Shown: in pieces, positions 41,955-54,318 of the stretch
How the letters are laid out: each line of letters starts with the position of its first letter
Position numbering within the stretch: position 1 is the first letter of the stretch
Assembly: GCA_051362555.1 (NCBI GenBank)
Contig: CM120640.1
Location: 13,330,001 to 13,394,000, forward strand
From: Lingula anatina
Lineage: Eukaryota; Animalia; Brachiopoda
Reading direction: 5' to 3'
DNA: 64,000 bases
Made by a program: the position numbers and the translations under genes
The notes under the pieces: generated by a model
Told to the model about the DNA's origin: nothing
The model's database searches: none
The model's input: only the letters and a program-made list of their open reading frames with translations

Positions 41955-44672
41955 CTAGAATTAATTAAAAGTAGTAAAATAAAACTCAACAAAAACAAAA
42001 CTTAAAAACATAATAAACTAAATATAAAGTTGTATTTAAAGGATTGCAATATACCAATAGCTAGAAATCATAAGAGTAAGCAAATAATGACAACACAAAC
42101 AGAAAGATTACAGTTTTAACAGATACAATTCTTACTAAAAACAAACCTACGTAAAATCCATGCATAAGATATTCGTTGAGTTAAAACATTGGAGTGCAGC
42201 TGGGAGATCAATGTGGCAACTGTGTGATAAATAACCTTGATAACATTCTACATGTACTTCTGTAAGGTGCTCTCACAGTGAAGTAACAGTGATTTGAAGA
42301 ATAACAGTTTTGAAGAACGATGGCATTTTGCATCTTTATGTTATTTCCATAACAAAAATTTCTTAAGTTGTTTGGATAATAATGGGAAATATTTGTGTGT
42401 TGTTTGTATCTTGGCTTTTCTACTGGTATCTTGGCTTTTCTGCTGCTCGCCGCTTCTCCCGATGGCCTACAAGTCAGCTTCGACATGAATGTGCAAAGTT
42501 GACATGTTTAGAGCACACTGTGTATGTCCAGACTGAACGTCTTTTTAACAAAGATAAAATTGCGCAGAAATTCATATCATCATCAACTGATTTATTTTGC
42601 CAACATCAGCGACAAGGCGGGAAAGCAGGGACTGCAGCTTAAAATGCACACAGGAGAAACTGGTCGATGAATGATATAGGTTGAGCAGGTTGAAACAATG
42701 AAACGTGGTCAGTATAATCTAAATACAACTGGTCATGTACATCCAATGTGGTTATTCAAAAATAAAGAAATTTTAAAGATGTAATATCTATATGTAATAG
42801 AAACTGGTTGCTTTCAACTACAAAAAACAGATAATGAGTTGAATAAAAAAAAACGGGCATAAGGATAAAGCATTCCCGTTTGCAAGCTTTTATTCTTGAA
42901 TATGATTGATGTACATTAGGCGAAAAACTGACATCTCTTCAAACTGGCTCAATTGAGATGCGACTTTGATTTGCTTGCTATGGTCCTTGTCGCTGTTTTT
43001 ATTAATAAAAGCATCCTAAATATTTCTAAATCATATTCATCTGGTGTTTCAATACATTTCTTTTTCTTTTAATCGACAAATCCGAATAAAATGTCTGTAC
43101 GGGGTATTTTTCATATCTCCATTAAACATTTGTATGCCCCATACCAAAAAGCTTGTAAAATGGCTATTCCTTATTATGTAATACAAAATACAAGGAAATT
43201 AGAGCAAAAGCATTCGGTACTACTTCCTAAATAAATATCCATTGTTTGTAATTATCAATTCTATCAAAGCAGGGTTTTTAGATGAAGCAGCTGGTTAACT
43301 CCCCTTTCTTCTACACGTACACGTACAAGTATAGTTGCATCTACACAATGAATACGTTTTTTACAATCCATGAGGTGAAATATACAGTCTTCTTTTTTTG
43401 CCTAGTACTGAAGATTCTATCTAAATACTTCCTAAAAAGGGTAATCCTAGCAAATCACTGAGCCCAACCAAGTAAACGTCAGCTAGTCGGTGGTCACACT
43501 TACATCAACAAGGAAACAAACCATGACGATTTCTACAGAACTCCTGAAATCTCTATCTCTAAATGTACTATTTTCACAACCGTGCAACAATTAAATTATC
43601 AAACATAACGTGTATCACACGCTATGCATATGTTTGTACTATATTTTGGACCCGAAACATAGGCTACACAAGTCTTTTTAACAATATTTCAAATTGGATT
43701 TAACTACATGTATATGCAACGTTTAAATAGACAATAGTATGCTAAGGGGGGCTCCTTAACGGCTGTATATCAGCAACAAGGTCAATTTACTTCATTCAAA
43801 TACCTCGACTAAACGATATACACAAACTGTTCCCCTATTAACAATATCCCCTTGGATAATACTGACAAATATTGCAATCACGTAGAATATCATGTACAGC
43901 AATTTCAAACATACAAATATCACCATCAAAGACCTTCATTTACGTTAACAATCACCGTAATTTCAATTTAAAGTAACATTAAGTTTTATATATATCCTAC
44001 TATCTCCGGGCAGCCTTATGAAATAAAAAGCAGAAAACAGGAATAAGTGGTGACTCCCGGAAATGAGGCGGAGAAAGTGGGGGCATCTGGATTCAAACGC
44101 ACCCCCACGCTCCCTACGTGGGTATTATTCAGATCGTAAAAAATACTATGACCGCTAAGTGAACTTTAAAAGCATTTTTACAAGCAAATAAGGACCTATA
44201 TATACTACATTATTCAGCATCATTAAGCATTTTAGGACAAGTTGAGGTTTTTCCAACATAAATTTACTACGTTGACTTATTCTGTAAAGGAAAACCTCGG
44301 CACAATAAGAATTAAGATCCCATATCAACATTTTACAGGTAATGTAAAATATGTAATTAGAAAAAGCTAATTTTCAATGTCAATAGCTTATTTCAATGAG
44401 ACTGAACCGTGTATAAGTTCGTGCATATTATAACTAAGTTACAACAGATGCTTAAAACAATTCACTTCTTTTGTCCCCCAAAAAGGTATCTGCAGTGTAA
44501 ATCTTGTACGCATTCAAGTGCTTCCATGTGTTGGCAGTTGTTGCAGTGTGAATACGTAAGTTTATTTCATGTATATTTGAGTTTGGATTTTTTTCATGTA
44601 AGAAAACGCGCGCAGCTCATGCGCGTGTTGGTGTGTGTGCGCGCGTATGTGTGTGAGAGAGAAACGTTTGAT

Positions 44673-45934
44673 TCATCCAGTTAAGGCCTCTTGGCGATGA
44701 AACAAGTGTGGAACATCAAAAAACATTCCCAATGTCCCGCCTGCGGTGACTATGAAAAACAAGTAGAGAACCAATCGGTCCACCACCAAGGCGAAGTATT
44801 TCCAATCTTGTACTTCCTGCAATAAAAAGAAAAAATTAAAATATACGGTAAAAGAAAAAATTTAGCACAGAAACATTCTCCGCAAAGTGGCTTAGTATTT
44901 TTTTCTTGAGAGAGAGAGAGAGAGAGAGACTTACATTCTCATATTCATCACTTTCTTTCAAGTGTTTAGCAATGAAAGAGACAGAATCTGCCGATCTGTA
45001 GATTTCTGGCAAATAGCGGCGGGGGTTGTTTTCATCCTCCATTTCATTATGGCCGTTCGTCATGTAAGAGTGTACACATGTGCTCTGACCACCTGAAGTT
45101 TCTTTTGATTCTAAATCTCGCATATTTCTCTTCGAAGTCGCCGGGGTCATCATTTCTGAACCCTGTTCAACTCCCTTTCGTTTCTCCCAGCCTCGACGAT
45201 ACTGTCCTTCGTGATCTGGACGTTTGACAAGGAGAAGTCTTGGTAAGTAGTTTAAGAACACAACCCTGACCCATGTTGGCATCCTGTGCGAATTTGGAGA
45301 TCTAAAATGCCAATTTATAGTCATAACAGCCAGGAGAACGGAAATTATGTTCATTATAAATGTAAACATAAGAAATTTTACAAGAAGTGGGACTGATAAC
45401 GATGTTGGGGGTAACATCTTTGACATCAGCAAAATGAACACAGTCAATGCGATCAAAATGGATATGCTGAGCGTTATCTTCTCACATGCATCGCTCGGTA
45501 GGTAGAATGTCCCAACGCTCAAAAATGATATCAATACACATGGTATTATTAAGTTCACGATGTAAAACAGAGTTTTTCGTCTTATTTTCAGGTAATAAAC
45601 CACTCGTTCTTGGGATGGTTTTCCGTTTCTACCTGGCTTATTAATGATAGCCCCCGGTCCTACAACGATGTCCCATGTGCCACTTGGCATATATTCAGCC
45701 AAATCAACAGTACTGTAATCTTTGTCATCGTTTTTATACCATACAAACGTGAGTTGGTCGCCAGAGTATGTCCATGAAGCAAAATGCATTTCACATTCTT
45801 GCTCATCAAAAGGGAAATACTTGACATCGATTTCACATGAGCTTTTGAAAATAGCTGGAGGCACGCGCAACATTGTTCCGTCGTTATACATGACTACATT
45901 AGAGCGGTAATCTGCTTGATATTTCCCGTCGGCG
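44673..45934 (-). CDS. Gene C 3' cassette 3: exons 44935-45934 and 44673-44816
   Basis: Phase-2 acceptor ttag|C GCC GAC GGG; Cys-loop [15 protein letters not shown]; TM1-3; 118-nt GT-AG intron; terminal exon EVQDWKYFALVVDRL...FHRQEALTG*. ORF intact. Confidence 0.9.
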
Positions 45935-47349
45935 CTAAAATAAAATATGAACAACATGTAGAGGTCAAACAGATAAAAGCATGTGCAATTAATCAATCAA
46001 TCAATTAATAATCAATTGAAAAATATTGCGATAAGTTCTAATATAAGCTTACGGTAAAACAAAATCCAATGGTTTTCTTATATTATTATGTCATACCTAT
46101 ATGCTTATCAAAACAGTTGCTACTTACATATACAATCTGTTCAAAAATGACTATCCGATAAGGCAGAAATAACACTCTCGCACACGATGTTTGTCGTTGC
46201 ATTCTTTTCAAGCGAAGTGCAGCAGATGAGAAAAAATAGTATGGAAAGAAGACCCGTGACTGGAAGTCAATCGCAGACTATAGTTCAGTGCTATTAGAAA
46301 AAAATCTACGTCAGAAGCTAAGCATACTACAGTAGTATATAATCTTTCACTATAGTTTCCATCCAGGCCAAGGCATTGCAGTGCGAAGTCTCGGGCCTGT
46401 TCCATCACACAAACTGAAATCACAGACGTCGGCTTTTGTATTATCGCTATCACTCAGTGTACTCTCAACAAAACCATGCGTCCTAGTCAACTGCACAGAT
46501 TGGACGACTAATTTCCATAGTTAAGTGTATGGTCTAATAGTGTTATCAAGCCAGCAAAGCTGTCACAAGTCACGTTACTTACGATTTAGTTACATGAAAG
46601 AGCTAAGACATATGCTTTATGTATATATTTATATACATATATATATATATATATTAGTGCTTCTCCAATACAGTTCTATCTGGGGTTGTCAAAGTGCCAT
46701 GACTCAAAATATAAGCATGATGCAGATATTATAGCCGAGAATATGTAGATATACTTAGTCATCCATATCAAAGCCACATTTACCTTTGTTTATAAAAGCA
46801 TGTTTGATTTATTAATTAGCACATGTCATTACGAGAGAGAGTGTGTGGGAAAGAGATAGAGAGAGTGGGAGAGAGAGAGGGAGAGTTTTACCATACCCGT
46901 ATATGGGTGGATACCAAACACATGTATAATACTGAGAAGCACGCATGATTCCTATAAAAATAACACGGTAAAACAGGTATCTTATTTTCGGCAATTTGAA
47001 GATATCGAATTCACATTTCCGATAATTGGTGCAAAATGGAAATGTTTTAAAGAAACTTTTCCAATTGTTAAAGGAGAATATCATATAATGAAACAAAAAA
47101 ACTTTATTTCACATCAATGATTTTAATATACGTATTACTGGTATGTAAAATACTATACGGCGTAACTGCATCTATGCCATACTGCTGTTCATATACATGA
47201 CAAAGTTGGAAAGGGACTTTGGCAATGGTATCCAAGTATGTATAAACAAAACACGCCATGCTTGTAATTAATTTGTAACAAATCTGTTTTAGAATGTATC
47301 TCTAATATGCTAACATATTCTTGTATTATCTAATACAAATTGATCTATA

Positions 47350-48719
47350 CACCCCTACCCAAAAAAGTTTTAACCCTACCGCAATAATGCACCTTGCTAC
47401 AAGGGTATCAATAGTTATAATTTTAGTATTACATAACAACTAGGCATCCGATCATCGTGTAAATTGCAGATGTGAGTAGTAGAACATTGACCTACCTAGT
47501 GTCACCAGTAACATACTCCAAAACCAATTATTTTTAATATGTAGCTCCTAAGTGGGATACATTTTTTACCAAGTGGTTGACATAGCAGGCAGTTTTGACC
47601 CTCCGAATTGCCAGAAGGTTGGATTGTTCCGTAAGGACCATTCAGAGGGATAGACAACATCATAACGAAACAGGCACATGGCAAAATTACTGGGTAAGGC
47701 CGACCGAAGGAAGTGTACCCAAAGAAAAGAAAAATGTCAATACGCCCTCTTCGTAGAAAACGTTTCATGACATTTAGGAACGTGACTGCAATATTTAACA
47801 AGAACAAGGCAAACTAAGTTTCTGAGCTTCCGTCAGAAGACGTCTGCACAATCGCCGATATTTTGGCAGTTTTTTTTAAGGAGACCAGTCATCACTGCCA
47901 GGAACCGTCTTCTTTGAATCAGCTGGTATACCGGAACTCTGGCATGGACAGCAGCCAATAACTAGGCTTTGAAATTGTTATCAGTAGCAAGCAAGCTCAG
48001 TGTTGTCAGAATTTATGGACGTGAAAGGGTTTGGAGAACAGCTGGTAAGAAGTATATTCCCAATTTCTGCCTTCGGTCGACAGGACTCGCCCAACCCAAG
48101 TTATGCATGCGGCGTATCGCCTACCATGGTGTAGGCGAGCTGGCAGTGGGAACCTTAACACAAACCCCTGCATCCAAGTACTGGAAAGGAAACTTAAGGA
48201 ATTCTGTCGAGAATATCTTTGGGGAAAATTATCCCCCGTTTATGTCTTATCATGGTAATGCTACTCCATGTACAGCCAATGCAACAGTAGGCTGGTTATG
48301 TGCGTACCAAATTTAGACCCCCCAATGGTCAGCTCATTCCCTGGATCAAAACCTCGTTAAGAATGTGTTAGGATATCCTCAGAAATGTATAAATGAGGGA
48401 TAATTTTGCAAACAAAAATGATCTGATATCTTTGCACCTTATGTGGAGCGCCATCACTGCGAAACATGACAGAACTTTTTGACCCCACGCACAGACGCGA
48501 CAGGTGCGTCCTCCAATCCAGAGGATACTTTACAAAATACTAAAATGTGGCTTTGGTTTTCTTTAATATGCTTAGTTTATTCATTGGTGGTACAATCAGT
48601 AAATTTTTGTGAAAAAATTCTATTTAGAAGTTGAATAGAGAATATATGTTCATGGCATGACTTTCTGTATCACTTTACGCATTGTGTTAGGGGTGACACT
48701 TTTTTTCTTAGTAGGGGAG
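47350..48719 (+). mobile_element. Degenerate Tc1/mariner transposon (transposase pseudogene)
   Basis: The frame at 47969-48380 gives RVWR...YHGVGEL...KY...PFMSYHGNATPCTA..TVGWL...*TPQWSAHSLDQNLVKNV, a decayed version of Tc1 QDNAPxH and WPxQSPDLNPIENxW. Degenerate TIRs (cacccctacccaaaaaagttttaaccct vs reverse complement ctcccctactaagaaaaaaagtgtcacccct) are each flanked by TA. Confidence 0.85.
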
Positions 48720-48949
48720 TATATATCTCAATATACACTGTATACATACAATAACGACGTTCTCTGCATTCCACGTGATTTAGAATAAAATTCTCGAAGA
48801 GAGTATTACATCCCGTTTGATATTTCACACTATACAACTAAATTAATTTCCCCCCGAGAAATCGGAAGTATAATTTTAATCGTTATGGCTGTTGATAACG
48901 GAGATTTTCTTTTTATAAATTAAGCAATTTGCGAATCCACTAATTTTAA

Positions 48950-48993
<44 letters not shown>
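48950..48993. repeat. (CT)n microsatellite
   Basis: Direct reading. Confidence 0.95.
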
Positions 48994-48995
<2 letters not shown>

Positions 48996-49312
48996 ACCGT
49001 TTATTTATCTCCCAGCAATTGGGCGCAACACCTGCGAAGCACTTAAAACAAAAACGGCTTCGAGGGATAACCCCACATTTGAAATGGTGAGCTGGAAGTC
49101 ATCCGGGTCACCACAACATCCTACATGTCACGCCATTTACGCGCTCTGCCAAGACATAATCTTGGGTTCTAAACTTGAACCACCAAAGGTGTCTCCTGCG
49201 AAATAATAATCATAACGTCCTCACAATCGATACCAACGTGGTATTCATAAGTCTATGCGCATGCGTGTACAGCTCTGTAAAATATACAACGAACTCTTCA
49301 AAACGAGGCATT

Positions 49313-50983
49313 TCACTTAGAATCACTTCCTATGTCAAATATCGTTTTGGCATTGAAGAAAATCCCCACTGTTCCACCGATGTTAACAAGCAAAAAGATA
49401 TAGAGTAGTAGCCGATCAATCACCATGGCAACGTATTTCCAGTCTTTGAGAACCTGCAAAATCAATAGAAAACATAGATTAGCTGTCAAATAAACCTGAT
49501 AAACCTTGGTGTATGTCCCAGCGGCCAGTGGTATTCTGAGAAAATATCCTCTGTTCGGACCAACCAGGTCAAACCAATATGATATAGGATGATCTAAGGT
49601 GGGTCTCGATCATGCCTCAAGTGATCAAGTTTCGACAATATTTATCAAATTCAAATTTAAGAATAAACATATTGCGTCACCTTATTAAATTCGTGTTTTT
49701 GGATGCATTATGTGAGATTGATGTATGGCCATAACGATCACTTGATTCGTTATACACCTATACGGCACGATATTGTAATAATAGACTTCCAATCTTGAAA
49801 TAAACTTATACTGGTCACGCCTTAGATTACCATTTTGGCATATAGAAAAATGGTTTTAAAAATCAATATTTAAGATGGTTTCATCACAATTTTTGTAACT
49901 AGTATTACGTCTGCTACATGCAGTAGGCCTGTATGATAAAAAATGAACATCTTGGATGCAGACCTTTAATTTGATCGTGTGCGTGTGTGTGTGTATGTGT
50001 GTGTGTGTGTGTGTTTTCAGTATTCTAGCACACTTACGTAAGAATGGTCCACTCGGTCCCGGACATGTTGAGATATAAAGTCTGTATTTTCAATAGCACC
50101 CAGCACTTCTCTTTTTGTGTCGGATCCACTTCTATCCTGGTATGCACTCTCAGTTTCTCTGCGGTCTGAGGAACTAGTCAATTTAATATCACGAATGTTT
50201 CTCTCCTTTTGTTTTCTCTTTTCTTCTCTCTTTTTGAGACCTCTCATATATTGGCCGTAATGATCTGGTCTTTTCATAAGGAGTAAACGAGGCAAATAAT
50301 TCAAAAACAATATTCTTACCCACATATTCATTCTGTGGGATCTCGGCGACCGATAGTGCCAATTGATAATAATCACAGTCGTGAAGATGGAAACGATGTT
50401 CATGATGAAGGTGAACAGTAAAAATTTGGCAATAAGAGGTATTGAGGATGATGTTGGTGGAAGCATCTTGGAGATCAGAAGTATGAAAACAACCAGAGAG
50501 ATAAGTAGAGAGACGCACAGCGTTATCTTCTCACCGGCGTCCGTTGGTAAGAAAAACGTGCAAACACTAAGAAAAGAGATCAATACGCATGGAATAATCA
50601 AATTCACTGTATAAAATAACGTTTTACGCTTGATTCGCACTGTATAAATGGCTCTTGTAAGAGTTTGCTTGCCATCTTGAGCTGGAATATGAATAATTTC
50701 TCCCGGTCCCTTAATAATATCCCACGTCCCGCTGGGCATGTAGTCACTTAGATCTAGCGTGCTGTAAACTTGACCCTCGCTTTCATACCAATGGAATCCA
50801 AGTTGCTCTCCACTGAATGTCCACGAGCCAAGTGTCATTGGGCAGTCCTGTTCATCGAATGGAAAATACTGTACGTCCATGTGACAGGTGCTCTTGTAAA
50901 TGGCAGGGGGAACATGCAACAAAGTCCCGTCGTAATATATGACCACATTGGACTTGTATGAGACCTGGTAATTACCGTCAGCG
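49313..50983 (-). CDS. Gene C 3' cassette 2: exons 50038-50983 and 49313-49453
   Basis: Phase-2 acceptor ctag|C GCT GAC GGT; Cys-loop [15 protein letters not shown]; TM1-3; donor GTAAGT; terminal exon VLKDWKYVAMVIDRLLL...IGSDSK*. ORF intact. Confidence 0.9.
49977..50014. repeat. (GT)n microsatellite next to the cassette 2 donor
   Basis: Direct reading. Confidence 0.9.
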
Positions 50984-52839
50984 CTAGAAAAGGACCGGAC
51001 CGCATCAGCAAACGCATTACGCAGTTTTAAAATTGATACTAAGAGCACCAAGAGCGCTTTCTATGTCTCCAGGAGACTTTGCACAGATGATATGGAAAGA
51101 TTATTTTGCTGATGTAAATTACTGTATTGAATTAGTACTAATTTAATTCTAGTTTCTAAGGAATAAAAAGAAACATACTAAATGTTTCAATTATGAACCA
51201 AAAATCAAAATAGTTCACAACCTAAAATAGATATACAATAATAGGTAATTTTTATAATAATTCTAAGTACCAAATAAATCAAGAAATACAAAATATATGC
51301 CTCTGCTATTGGGATAGAGCTACGCTGCGCCGGCTAGCTAATGTGGCCCTAACTGCATAAAGGCAAATTCTAAACAACAGGTGGCGATATGACGATTTTT
51401 TGCGACCAGAAACGTGCGACATTGCAGCTGCAGCACAGAAAGCATGCGACAACAACAAAAAAGGACACTTACACAGGGCCTGTGGCGGCACCTTGTGACT
51501 TGCAACACAAACAGAGCGAAATGCGCGTGGAAGAATATACATCACAGTACGTATACAGTGTATACAGTATATGTGTGCATTTTTTTTACCCATGTAAATG
51601 CCACCAAAACATCAATTAACTTTCATATGTACCTTTTAAAGATGATTATCCGGTTTCGTTCTTCGATTTTTGGGATGTCTCATCTGTTCCCCGTGTACAC
51701 AACTAGTCATCTTCGGTTTTCAATTTCCGTCTGCCACATTGCAGTGCCTTTAAACCAAGCTCATATTCACGACGTCTACATAATAGTAGTTTAACGTCCG
51801 CCAAGTCTACTAAATAGCGTATTGTGACAAACTATAAAATAATCAGAAGAGAACCTTCTTGTACAATATGATAAAAAGAACATTTTATGTTGCATCTTAT
51901 TTCATAGTACAAAGTTGACGTACTGCCATTGTGCAAATGATAAAATAACTAATAAATCACAATCATATAGATAAATACTTATATATCGTCACTGCATCTA
52001 GAAAGGCTTTATAGTGTACGTTTATTGTTAATCGGCAACTATATGCACCAGTACTAGTATCTCTCGAGAAAAAATTGATTAGCGCAAATTGTTACGTTAA
52101 ATGCGGGCCTTCAAGAACCAAACACCATTTTCTGCACAGCTTAATGTTACAACAATAAGACAATACGCGACAAGAGACTTCCACGTGCACACAGTTCATT
52201 ACTTACAATTGAATCATATAAAAATATTTTGAATAACAACTTTCATGGCGTTATCTTATACATCAGTTTCCTTAATTGCTATACAGAAACCCAACGACGT
52301 TTTATGTATATTTGCTTGACAATTTTGACCACTATATACAACACACATCTACTTTCACCACCAAGGAGAAACGGGTTTATACCAATCACTATACACATAA
52401 CCAACCTCTACGGCGCTGTGGATCCGCTCTTTGCTAACAAAGGGAGTATAGAGCCATTAAACAAATAAAATGGTTTCTGTCACTTTACATTGATGGATAC
52501 ATAACGGAAGACTACCGAATTACGCGCCGTTTTAATTTAACATTTGACTTTGAAATTACAATTGCACAAGAGAGGTAATGGTATCTCACAATGTATAAAA
52601 CTTGCCCACAGCAAGGATACAGCTACAGCAAAAATGTAGCTGGCCCTCTCGGACACTTTATGTGTTAAACTCGCACCAAAAGATGCAGTCTAGACACTAG
52701 TTTCATTACGGTCTACTTTCATTGGGTTTCATTGTTTTCACGATATATTAGTCAAAAGTTTGATTTTTCTAGTGCCCCTCATAATGGAAAATTGATAACT
52801 ATCTCTAAAATTAGTGTTTGGAAGAACAGTGTCTATTAA

Positions 52840-54318
52840 CTAGCTATGCGCTTTCACTGATCCCTCTCCAACAGCAGTGAATATATTGGGAGCTTGAAGA
52901 AATATGCCCGAAGTCCCAGCAATATTGACACCCAGGAATATCATCAGAAGTAGACGATCAATGACCAGAGCCACATACTTCCAGTCTTCTAAAATCTAAA
53001 ACAGAAGGAATATCAAAATTAATTTGTAAAGTTTAAATAACTTTTTGTTGAACTTTGTAGTCGTATTTTCAGGTATTTGGACCACGTTGTAAAACATGAT
53101 GACGATCACGCTGGAAAGCGCCCGATGTGCTGTCCCAAGGTCTTACATAAGGATTTCTACATGAGGTAATGGAACCAACCAATAGTTGCTAGTAACTTCT
53201 AATATTCTTAAGTAAGAGCAGAACAGTAATTAATGAGCGTCCATGGGTAAACGTGCGTATTGGATCCAATAGTGCCGTCCAAAGCCCAAAGACTGTTCAT
53301 ACTCACGTCATTGTATTCGTCTTGATCTTGCATGTGCTGGGCAACAAAACGGACATTATCTGCGGCATCATAAAAGTCCGCTGGCAAGCTATTATGTTCA
53401 GGACTGCGAGAGTTACCGTAAGTCCTCTTATTGCGATCCCGTGAGGGGGAGCGACCCAGATTGTGTAGTTCTGATAACTCAAGAAGTTCGTTTCTTGGGC
53501 TAGGCGTGTACAGGCCATATGGCTTACTGTCCCTGTTATGGTCAATATGAGTGTATATCTCTTGCTTTTGCTCAGCCCGCCGTAGGCCCTTAAGATACTG
53601 CTCCTCGTGGTTTGGTCTCTTCATGCACAGGAGCCGTGGGAGATAATTCAGGAACACAATTCGCACCCACTTTGGCATAGAGTGAGATCTGGGCGACCTG
53701 AAGTGCCAGTTGATGATGATCACAGTTGAGAATATAGACAATATGTTCATGATAAACGTAAAGAGCAGGAATTTGGCAATGAGTGGTATCGTCAGTGACG
53801 TCGGAGGAAGCATTTTAGACACCAGTAGTATGAACACTACCAAAGCGATAAGGATAGAAATACAAAGTGTTATTTTCTCTGCTCCGTCCGATGGTAGATA
53901 GAACACTCCGACACTTAGGAAGGAGATCAACACGCATGGTATTATCAAATTCACAGTATAGAATAATGTTTTTCTCCTTATCTTAATTGTAAATATAACT
54001 CTAGTTTCCATTGGTTTGCCGTCCTTTGGGGGGAAATCGACAATCTGCCCGGGCCCTCTTAGTATATCCCAAGTCCCACTTGGCATATAGTCATTAAAAT
54101 CCACTTCGGATAAGTTCATGTGCCACAAAAACCCGACTTGGTCGCCATTGAATGTCCACGAACCCATTCGCATTTCACACTCTTGTTCGTCGAATGGAAA
54201 ATATTGCACATCAATCTGACAGGCACTCTTGTAAATGGCTGGAGGGACGTGCAGCATGAGTCCATCTTTGTAGATTACTACATTAGATCTATAAGAAGCT
54301 TGGTATTTTCCATCAGCA
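52840..54318 (-). CDS. Gene C 3' cassette 1 (proximal): exons 53307-54318 and 52840-52995
   Basis: Phase-2 acceptor ccag|T GCT GAT GGA; Cys-loop [15 protein letters not shown]; no vicinal Cys; TM1-3; donor GTGAGT; terminal exon [17 protein letters not shown]...VKAHS*. ORF intact. Confidence 0.93.

Noticed and set aside
42406-42441. 16-bp direct repeat gtatcttggcttttct, and similar small duplications at ~8615-8655 and ~16781-16800
   Set aside because: Two-copy slippage-type duplications; not an array and not CRISPR-like.
34324-50983. Cassettes 2-5 as four independent complete genes using the ORF-track start codons
   Set aside because: The ORF-track N-termini are intronic sequence upstream of a canonical AG at the conserved N/ADG junction. 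Such proteins would lack the first ~95 residues of the ligand domain, and no private N-terminal exons were found.
34324-50983. Cassettes 2-5 as partial-duplication pseudogenes
   Set aside because: There are no stops or frameshifts over ~4.5 kb of coding sequence, all splice sites are intact, and conserved motifs are kept despite heavy divergence. Not formally excluded without transcripts.
36368-51330. Weak TM2-like matches in spacers upstream of C5 (~36370), C4 (~42465-42500), C3 (~46211) and C2 (~51315)
   Set aside because: Short gapped matches found by targeted search; not distinguishable from chance by eye.
35060-53890. Anion-selective ACh channel
   Set aside because: All TM2 segments keep the -1' glutamate and lack the Pro-Ala motif of anion-selective Cys-loop channels.
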